DNA of 32,000 nt, from the NCBI RefSeq assembly GCF_000012925.1, contig NC_007517.1, positions 2,070,001-2,102,000 on the forward strand, given 5' to 3'. The translations under genes and the position numbers were made by a program. This document shows, in pieces, positions 1 to 6,421 of this stretch. The stretch comes from Geobacter metallireducens GS-15. GTDB lineage: Bacteria > Desulfobacterota > Desulfuromonadia > Geobacterales > Geobacteraceae. The notes below the pieces were generated by a model, which saw only the letters and a program-made list of their open reading frames with translations, did no database searches and was not told the origin of the DNA. Each line of letters starts with the position of its first letter. The first letter of the stretch is position 1.

Positions 1-166
1 GCGAGGGGGAAAGCGCCCCGTAGACCAGTTTCAGGAGGGTCGATTTTCCCGCACCGGAAGGGCCGGTAACAAAAACAAAGTCCCCTTTGGGGACCTTGAG
101 GGAAACGTCGTTCAAAGCTGCCGCGTCGCTCTGATACGACAGGAAAACATTGTGGAACTGAATCAT
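1..166 (-). CDS. ftsE: FtsE-like ABC-transporter ATPase, N-terminal fragment (gene continues beyond left edge)
   Basis: Hand translation of the minus strand from ATG 166-164 gives [55 protein letters not shown]. It has Walker [10 protein letters not shown] followed by LLKL, a layout typical of FtsE. An AAGAGGA SD-like motif lies just upstream. It is absent from the ORF track because it is truncated. Confidence 0.75.
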   Translation of the reverse strand, partial: MIQFHNVFLSYQSDAAALNDVSLKVPKGDFVFVTGPSGAGKSTLLKLVYGALSPS

Positions 167-217
167 CGTATCCTCTTTCCTCGTCACTGCCTCCGTGCGG
201 TTGTTACCCGCAACGCG

Positions 218-622
218 TTACCATTCTTTATACGGTTTCCCGTCAGTTCCCACCAGATCAGAACCACTATGGACATCGTAGACATTACCGGTTTCCTGTT
301 TACCGGCGTCCGCCCCGCCAGTCGGAGCCGGGGGGGCGATAGTTTCCCAGCTGTCAGTTTTCCTGGTAAAGGGATCCGTCGGTAAACCGTGGATATATTT
401 CTTGTCGACAAGATCTTGAAGCGTATCGGGATACTTCCCCTGGTCGGCGTAAAATTGGTCTATGCTGCTTCGGATGCTGTAGAGGTTCTCCCGCAACACT
501 GCCTCTCTCGCCTTGATGAGGCTCCACTTGTAGCTCGGCACAGCAATGGTGGCCAGGATGCCGATGATGGTCACAACAATCATCAACTCCACAAGCGTAA
601 AGCCTTTGCTTTTTGTTAGCAT
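218..622 (-). CDS. gspG: GspG-family pseudopilin (type II secretion major pseudopilin-like)
   Basis: Prepilin signature MLTKSKG|FTLVELMIVVTIIGILA: short basic leader, Gly-1, Phe+1, Glu+5, hydrophobic helix. There is no Cys pair. The tail VYDVHSGSDLVGTDGKPYKEW is GspG-like. The track ORF starts at GTG 640, but ATG 622 gives a canonical 7-residue leader. The start is uncertain by 18 nt. Confidence 0.85.
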   Translation of the reverse strand: MLTKSKGFTLVELMIVVTIIGILATIAVPSYKWSLIKAREAVLRENLYSIRSSIDQFYADQGKYPDTLQDLVDKKYIHGLPTDPFTRKTDSWETIAPPAPTGGADAGKQETGNVYDVHSGSDLVGTDGKPYKEW

Positions 623-641
623 TTTTCGGAAGCTCGGCACG

Positions 642-1157
642 TTACCAGTCCTTGTATTTTGTCCCGTCGATGGCCGTACCCTCGCTCAGGGAATAGACGT
701 CATACACGTCCGAATTGTCCCACGTCGTGCTATCGGGCTCGTCCTTGTAGGAACGCAGACCCCATTCGGGCTTTTCCCCTGACGCGGGACGGTTGAAGGG
801 ATCTACGGGAATCCTCCGGAGGAACTTTTTCTTGGTCGACTTCGCTTCGCCGCCGAAATCGGTACCCGTAACCAGAACCTCCAGGGTTTCGGGATATCCT
901 GTCTCGTTCAGGATCTGTTTCCCCTTGTGGGCGTCGTCATAGGCTTTTTTGTACTCGTCTATGGCAGTGCGGATCTCCCTGAGGGATCTGCGCAGCTCAA
1001 GCTCCTTGTTCCGCTTGACGGTCATCTGGGTAAAGGGAACTATCACTGTCGCCAGTATACCGAGAATGGTTACAGTCATTATGAGCTCAATAAAGCTCAA
1101 TCCCTTACGGTTTCGTATATACCTCACTGTCGAGACACCGATAAACTTCACGCTCAC
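642..1157 (-). CDS. Second GspG-like pseudopilin (paralog, longer leader and Lys-rich insert)
   Basis: RNRKG|LSFIELIMTVTILGILATVIV has Gly-1 and Glu+5. GYPETL and IPVDPF motifs are present. The tail DVYDVYSLSEGTAIDGTKYKDW is paralogous to that of 218-622. GTG 1157 overlaps the secretin stop (GTGA). An in-frame GTG at codon 11 would give a 9-residue leader, so the start is uncertain. Confidence 0.8.
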   Translation of the reverse strand: MSVKFIGVSTVRYIRNRKGLSFIELIMTVTILGILATVIVPFTQMTVKRNKELELRRSLREIRTAIDEYKKAYDDAHKGKQILNETGYPETLEVLVTGTDFGGEAKSTKKKFLRRIPVDPFNRPASGEKPEWGLRSYKDEPDSTTWDNSDVYDVYSLSEGTAIDGTKYKDW

Positions 1158-3739
1158 TTAACTTCGACAACCGTATTGTAGGGTACGACATCAATCGGCT
1201 TATTTGCCTGGTCAGTGAAGTTCACGCTCTGGAGGCCGAGGCTGGCCGGCCCCTTGTTCTTGGCAGTGAAGGTCGCGGTGAGGAGCGAACCGGCACCGTC
1301 GATGCCTTCGGCACCGGTTCGCGCCAATGTAATGGTCACCCTTCCCTTCGCCTTATCTACCTGGGCGTTGAAGCTGGTCGGCTTGCCATCCCGATTCAGG
1401 AACGTCCCTTCGACTGCCCCCACATAATCTATGAAAATCGGATCGTAGATAAGGACAAAGGGCGCCTTAAGGAGGCCCTTGACGTCGGAGACCCTGATCT
1501 CGACCTTGAACTGGGAGCCGAGATTCACAGCTGCCGGTGCAGATATATTAAGGCTTCCGCGCACGGCTGGCGCAGGTGCTGCAGCAACAGGGACGGCAGA
1601 CGCTGCTGCCACCGTCGCGGCAGGAGCCGCAGGAGAAGCCGGTACGGGAAGGGGCGCAACCGCCTGGGATTGCGCTGTGGACGGCGGGGCAGGCTGCTGA
1701 CCTGGAGCCGGCGCCGCCGATTGTTTGACTTCCGGGGAAGTCGTTGTCTGCGGGGCTGCCGTGGGTGCCGGACTACCGGGAACGGGTTGTAGAGGCGCAA
1801 CTCTCTGGGCAGGTGCAGAGACAGAAGCAGGAACCGGTGCAGGCGATGCTGCCGGCTGCTTGACGGTTTTGGGTTGGCCGATGGCAAACTCCGGCTCAAG
1901 CTCAAATGAAGCGAATGGTTTGACAACCGAGGGATCGTCCTCCTTGCCCGACCAGAAGGAAACAAGATCAGGCTCGGGAACGGTGACGGAACGGACCAGA
2001 CGCGGAGTAATGGCGAGAATCAGTTCACGCTTCTGGTTATCGTTGGAGTTGTTGGATAGAAGCGGGCCAATGATGGGGATGTCACCCAGCAAAAAGATTT
2101 TCTGCTTTCCCTTCTGCTTGTTGTCTTCAATCAATCCACCAATGACACTTGTTTCTCCATCCTTGAGGTTCAAGACCGTATCGAGGTTACGGGTTCCGAT
2201 GGTTACGACCGTTGTCGCAGAGTCCGTTCCGCCCACTGTCTGCTTATCGATAATCGAACTGACCTCAAGTCCCAGCTTGATAGAGACCTCGTTATTGAGC
2301 ATGATGGTCGGTTCAGCGTTCAATTTGACGCCGACATCCACGTACTGGACGTTCACACTGAAGCCGCCGGTTGTGCCGGTTGTTGACGTGGTTGTAATCG
2401 GCACGCGGGTACCAACGGTGAACTTGGATTTTTCCCGATTCTTGACCCTGATTTTCGGATTGGCAAGCACCTCCGCGTTGGTAATGCTCTTGCCAAAACT
2501 GTACGAGGCACTGGGGACCGTCATAAATCCGCTGTAACCGTTCCATGAGAACGTCTGCAACAACTCACTCCCAGCTGTTCCCTGTATAGTAGTTCCTGTG
2601 CTTGAACTCACCGATGCCCTTGAAAATGTATCATTCAGGAACCCCCCGCCCGGTGTCTGGGTATTCAGGGACACGGCATATTTGCTCAGGGCGAGGCCAA
2701 AGTTCTCTATGTTCCGTTTCGACACCTCGATGACCTCAACGTCCAGCAGCACCTCGGCATCGGGAACATCATTGGCTTCGAGAATCTTGCCCGCCACATC
2801 GACCAGTTCAGACGTATCACGCACAACAATAGCATTCAACTCTTCGTTAACGTAAACCTTGCGAACCTGAAGCATCGTCCGGAGAAGGTTCACCGCCTTC
2901 TTGGCATCGAGGGTGTTCAGGAAAAACGTCTTGACGACCAGATCTTCATACTGCTTTGATTTCTCGGGTGTTTTAGGAAAGATGAGTATGGTGCTCTCGT
3001 TCAGCACTTTCTTACCGAGCTTGTTCATGTTGGTCAACAGGTCGAGGGCCTGCTGGAAATTTGCATTTTCCAGATAAATCGTTACTTTTTGGTCCTTGAT
3101 TGTGTCATCAAAGATAAAGTTGATTCCGGAAAGTTGGGTAACTATGTAGAAGACGTCTTTCAGGTTTGCGTCTTTGAATTTCAGGGTAATTGGCTTTGTG
3201 GACTTCAGATTCAGCTCATACCCTTCCAGTCGGGTTTTTTTTGTGCTCAACAGACGCTCAAGGGCTTCCTTTGCCTCTTTGTTTTGCCCGTCGAGGTCAA
3301 GTGCCTTGCGATAGGCCTGGAGTGCTTCTCTTGGTTTGTTACCCCGTTCAAAATCCTGTCCTTCTTTGAAATAGGTTCTCGAATTCTTTTGGCGAACGAG
3401 CTTGTCGCTCTCCTGTTTCGCCCGTTGAAGCGACGGATCGAGGGCAACTGCTGCCTGGTACTCGACAAGCGCTGCATCGTAATTCTTGAGGGCAATGAAC
3501 TCATCTCCCTTGCTCAGATGCCGAAGCGCCGCTTCCTCGCTCGTCTTGAGGAGCCTCATGCGGTATTCGTTCATCTCCGGATTGGATGCGACCGCCTCGG
3601 AATACTTGATGACAGCCTCGTCGAGCTTTCCTTCCCGCTCAAGCCGCTCTCCCTTGCTGAATGCAGTTAGTCCGGCCCCACACCCTGACAGGAAAGCAAA
3701 AAAGGACAAGAAAGCTATTATCTTGAAGATGATCCTCAT
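1154..3739 (-). CDS. Secretin (GspD/PilQ family) lipoprotein with N-terminal TPR module, C-terminal Pro/Ala-rich linker and cohesin-like domain
   Basis: 861 aa. Lipobox FLSGC (Cys20). About 150 aa of TPR-like repeats (EAVIKYSEAVASNPEMNEY, YDAALVEYQAAVALDPS, REALQAYRKALDLDGQN). Two secretin-N type domains. Secretin core ending GDIPIIGPLLSN...RELILAITPRLV. Then a 106-aa P/A/S/T/Q linker and a 134-aa cohesin-like end. AAGGAG SD lies 8 nt upstream of ATG 3739. Confidence 0.9.
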   Translation of the reverse strand: MRIIFKIIAFLSFFAFLSGCGAGLTAFSKGERLEREGKLDEAVIKYSEAVASNPEMNEYRMRLLKTSEEAALRHLSKGDEFIALKNYDAALVEYQAAVALDPSLQRAKQESDKLVRQKNSRTYFKEGQDFERGNKPREALQAYRKALDLDGQNKEAKEALERLLSTKKTRLEGYELNLKSTKPITLKFKDANLKDVFYIVTQLSGINFIFDDTIKDQKVTIYLENANFQQALDLLTNMNKLGKKVLNESTILIFPKTPEKSKQYEDLVVKTFFLNTLDAKKAVNLLRTMLQVRKVYVNEELNAIVVRDTSELVDVAGKILEANDVPDAEVLLDVEVIEVSKRNIENFGLALSKYAVSLNTQTPGGGFLNDTFSRASVSSSTGTTIQGTAGSELLQTFSWNGYSGFMTVPSASYSFGKSITNAEVLANPKIRVKNREKSKFTVGTRVPITTTSTTGTTGGFSVNVQYVDVGVKLNAEPTIMLNNEVSIKLGLEVSSIIDKQTVGGTDSATTVVTIGTRNLDTVLNLKDGETSVIGGLIEDNKQKGKQKIFLLGDIPIIGPLLSNNSNDNQKRELILAITPRLVRSVTVPEPDLVSFWSGKEDDPSVVKPFASFELEPEFAIGQPKTVKQPAASPAPVPASVSAPAQRVAPLQPVPGSPAPTAAPQTTTSPEVKQSAAPAPGQQPAPPSTAQSQAVAPLPVPASPAAPAATVAAASAVPVAAAPAPAVRGSLNISAPAAVNLGSQFKVEIRVSDVKGLLKAPFVLIYDPIFIDYVGAVEGTFLNRDGKPTSFNAQVDKAKGRVTITLARTGAEGIDGAGSLLTATFTAKNKGPASLGLQSVNFTDQANKPIDVVPYNTVVEVK

Positions 3740-3767
3740 GTATGCGGCTCCTTAAACCATCGGACGT

Positions 3768-4382
3768 TCATCGTATCTGGCCGGCGAGAGGCCGGTTCTC
3801 GACAAGGGGAATCACCATCTCGCTTCCGTCGGTAAGAGAGCGGATTGACAGCGCCTCATCGGTGATGGTTGTCGCTTCGTAGTTCCCGGCAATTTTGTCG
3901 CCCTGGCGTACCAGGATAATCTCCTTGTCACGGGCAAGGAAGATGGTTTTGTGGTTATCCTTCTTGAGAAACCCCAGGAAGGTGAATTTTGCCATGTCCC
4001 GCACCACCTGCGGCGGTTGCGGTGCGACCGGCATCGGGGGCGGCAGCGCCACTGGAGCTGCAGGCGGAGGAGGAAGCGGAACGGCCTTCGGCAAGGTCAA
4101 CGGCAACGGACGCGATTGCTGCGTTTCGCCGCGGAAAATAGGACGGAATATATTTCGTCGAAAACCGGCAAACCGGTTTGAAGTACATTCAAGAAGATCA
4201 AGCCTGAGTTTTCTATCGTCGGTTGCAGCCGCTCCGTTAGGTTTTGGGGAACGGCTGACCTTCGTCGGGGGGGATGTCACCTTCGATACCGTCTGCTGAC
4301 ACGGCATTCTGATGTAGCTCACGATGGCGGCGACCACGAGCACCACAAGGAGAATGGAAAGAATGAGCCTCTGACGGTTCAT
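3768..4382 (-). CDS. PilP/GspC-HR-like bitopic protein with proline-rich spacer
   Basis: ATG 4382 overlaps the upstream stop (ATGA). The product starts MNRQRLILSILLVVLVVAAIV (one TM). Pro-rich PLPPPPAAPVALPPPMPVAPQPP follows. The C-terminal beta-domain FLGFLKKDNHKTIFLARDKEIILVRQGDKIAGNYE resembles PilP. The track ORF extension to 4496 overlaps the previous gene. Confidence 0.6.
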   Translation of the reverse strand: MNRQRLILSILLVVLVVAAIVSYIRMPCQQTVSKVTSPPTKVSRSPKPNGAAATDDRKLRLDLLECTSNRFAGFRRNIFRPIFRGETQQSRPLPLTLPKAVPLPPPPAAPVALPPPMPVAPQPPQVVRDMAKFTFLGFLKKDNHKTIFLARDKEIILVRQGDKIAGNYEATTITDEALSIRSLTDGSEMVIPLVENRPLAGQIR

Positions 4383-4924
4383 TTCCCCTCCGGACGCAGA
4401 TAGGCGGAAAGTTGCATCTTGAGAGAAACCGCCTCCTCGATCATGCTGGTGTTTGAGAGGGAAATCGAGTCTATCGTCAAAAGACCTCCGTGACACTGAA
4501 GATCGGAAATGAAACTCTTTATGCCGGCGTATTGGCCATCGAGACTCATTGTCACACCATAGACGACCAGATTTGCCTCCTTCTGGGCCTCGGGTTTATA
4601 GGTGATTCCCTTGACCTTCAACCCATTGTTGGCAGCTATTTCAAAAACTTCCATCATCTGCCGGGTAAAATCCCGCTTCAGAGGTATACGCTCCTGAAAC
4701 GCTGCAAGGTCGGCTGTCCCCTGACGATAAATCGTCCCTAGGTCCCCACCACCCGTCACGAGACGACGCTTCTCAGTCCATTCATTCTGGAGCTTGACGA
4801 GTTTCGGCTCCTGAACCAGCTGGGAGTACATCACGATCCCCATATTCACCAGAATGAGAACGAGGATCACGGCAATTGACATCCGCTTGGCCTTAAGGAC
4901 CTCCAGAAACTGATTTCTGGTCAT
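4379..4924 (-). CDS. PilO/GspM-like bitopic inner-membrane protein
   Basis: ATG 4924 overlaps the upstream stop (ATGA). MTRNQFLEVLKAKRMSIAVILVLILVNMGIV gives a short cytoplasmic N-terminus and a single TM. A coiled-coil-like segment and a C-terminal alpha/beta region follow. Its position between the PilN-like and PilP-like genes fits PilO. Confidence 0.65.
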   Translation of the reverse strand: MTRNQFLEVLKAKRMSIAVILVLILVNMGIVMYSQLVQEPKLVKLQNEWTEKRRLVTGGGDLGTIYRQGTADLAAFQERIPLKRDFTRQMMEVFEIAANNGLKVKGITYKPEAQKEANLVVYGVTMSLDGQYAGIKSFISDLQCHGGLLTIDSISLSNTSMIEEAVSLKMQLSAYLRPEGK

Positions 4925-5460
4925 AGGAAATCCACCTTGCACGTAACGGTGAATCCCACGCCCCTCTGATCAGTTCCCTCTTTGACTTCTGTCTGGCTCT
5001 GGAGAAACACGTCGGAAAACCGGGGGGCTCCTTCGAGATTTTCCACAAAGGTCCTCAAATTGCGAAATTCCTTCGCAGTTCCAGCGAGCGTCAGGGTCCC
5101 CTCTTTGAGTTTCGGCTCTATGGATGAAAGAGTAACGCCATCGGGCACTACAGACTCCAACTGATCGAGCAGAAGGAGCCAATTAAGCCCTCTTTTCTTG
5201 AGGATTCCATTGGCGACTGAAATTTTCTTTATGATTCCCTGATACTCCTGCTCTGTCACTCCCTTGGCCGATGTCGCAAATCGTTCCTGAAGTTTCGCCA
5301 GTTCACCTTCAAGTTGCTTTGCCTGACCGGCGTTCGTGGCGACCCCTTTGACAACGAAGAACAGGACCAGCACCAGCAGGGCGACAGCAGCGGCCAATGC
5401 AGCATTCAATTTCCGCGTATCAATAAAATAGCGAGTCGAAAGATTGATCTTCAGATCCAT
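4921..5460 (-). CDS. PilN-like bitopic inner-membrane protein
   Basis: ATG 5460 overlaps the PilM-like stop by 1 nt (TGATG). The N-terminus MDLKINLSTRYF resembles the conserved PilN INLLP motif that binds PilM. TM AALAAAVALLVLVLFFVV and a periplasmic domain follow. The track extension to 5589 overlaps the upstream gene. Confidence 0.7.
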   Translation of the reverse strand: MDLKINLSTRYFIDTRKLNAALAAAVALLVLVLFFVVKGVATNAGQAKQLEGELAKLQERFATSAKGVTEQEYQGIIKKISVANGILKKRGLNWLLLLDQLESVVPDGVTLSSIEPKLKEGTLTLAGTAKEFRNLRTFVENLEGAPRFSDVFLQSQTEVKEGTDQRGVGFTVTCKVDFL

Positions 5461-6389
5461 CAGAGATTCCTCGTTGCAGCACCAAGGGCAGCTGCCAAGG
5501 AAGCCAATGGCACCCCACCACCCCCCACGGAAGAGGCCGGATTGCCAACGAACGTATCCGGCAAAAGCATGAAGGGCTCCAGACCACACGCTTCGGTAAT
5601 GACTGTCCTGAACAACTCACCATCCCCGGCGGGCGCCAGACAGAAGGCTTCGCGAAACTCCCGCCCAGGATTCTTGTCACGATAAAAAAGGAGCGAATTA
5701 TTGGTTTCCATGAAAACACGGTTCATATCAAGATCAGAGCCCGGCAGTTCCTTTGCCCGGTAGAACTCAAGTACATCTTGATGAAATATAAGTATGCTCA
5801 ACACATTATCATGACATGCAACAAACAGGGAACTTTCGCTCATGGCTATCCGCGGAGAGAAAAGCCGATAGAGGTTAAATGAGGTGAAATCGATGTGAGC
5901 CGGCTGAATTCCCGCTTCGGCCAGCAGTTCTTCGTACTGGCTGACCACTTGCCGTGCAATGATTGCCACAAGAACCGATATCTCGCCGTTCTCTTTCTCT
6001 CGCAGCAGCTGATAATCAAGATGCATTTCGTTTACGTCGAAAGGAAGACTCTTTTTGAGCTTCCACCGGATAATGTCATATCCCTCGTCACGATTCTTAA
6101 AGCGAGTCTCCAGGTCAAGGATGACCACCCGCCCGCAGGCGTCGGGCAGTGACACCGAGACAAGGCCGGTACGGTGAAGAAGCTTCAGGTACGCCTCTTT
6201 CACCTCCTTCACGAAAAGAGCCGGCTCCACAACGTTCGGCTCCCGATGAACGAGTCTAACGGTTCCGGCCGGGAACTGGGCGGTTTCACAGGCGAGCAGC
6301 TTCGGACGGTTCTTGCTTCCGCCAACCGCTGCCATCCTGACCCCATGCTGGGTTATCTCCATCCCCACTGCATTACGGGAAAAAAACAT
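5460..6389 (-). CDS. PilM-like (or GspL cytoplasmic-domain-like) actin-fold assembly protein
   Basis: 309 aa, soluble. N-terminal VGMEITQHGVRMAAVGG is typical of PilM-type actin/HSP70-fold proteins. It sits directly upstream of the PilN-like gene and is coupled to it. AAAGG SD lies 5 nt before ATG 6389. Confidence 0.7.
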   Translation of the reverse strand: MFFSRNAVGMEITQHGVRMAAVGGSKNRPKLLACETAQFPAGTVRLVHREPNVVEPALFVKEVKEAYLKLLHRTGLVSVSLPDACGRVVILDLETRFKNRDEGYDIIRWKLKKSLPFDVNEMHLDYQLLREKENGEISVLVAIIARQVVSQYEELLAEAGIQPAHIDFTSFNLYRLFSPRIAMSESSLFVACHDNVLSILIFHQDVLEFYRAKELPGSDLDMNRVFMETNNSLLFYRDKNPGREFREAFCLAPAGDGELFRTVITEACGLEPFMLLPDTFVGNPASSVGGGGVPLASLAAALGAATRNL

Positions 6390-6421
6390 GAAAGCCTTTC
6401 ATCGATAAAGTGGACCAAGCG

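Noticed and set aside
1479-1965. Alternative-frame ORFs across the GC-rich stretch: 1525-1965 on the minus strand, and 1479-1700 and 1725-2537 on the plus strand
   Set aside because: They are artefacts of the Pro/Ala-rich linker codons (GCN/CCN repeats) of the secretin. The products are Arg/Pro/Leu or Gly/Ala runs, and no start-site signals are present.
5461-5589. N-terminal extensions of track ORFs for the PilN-like gene (to 5589), PilO-like (to 4942), PilP-like (to 4496), NHL (to 12948), small cytochrome (to 10003) and clpP (to 18732)
   Set aside because: The extensions overlap the preceding gene and encode non-signal, non-conserved sequence. Internal ATGs sit exactly at stop/start overlaps or behind good SD motifs, and they yield proper TM or signal N-termini.
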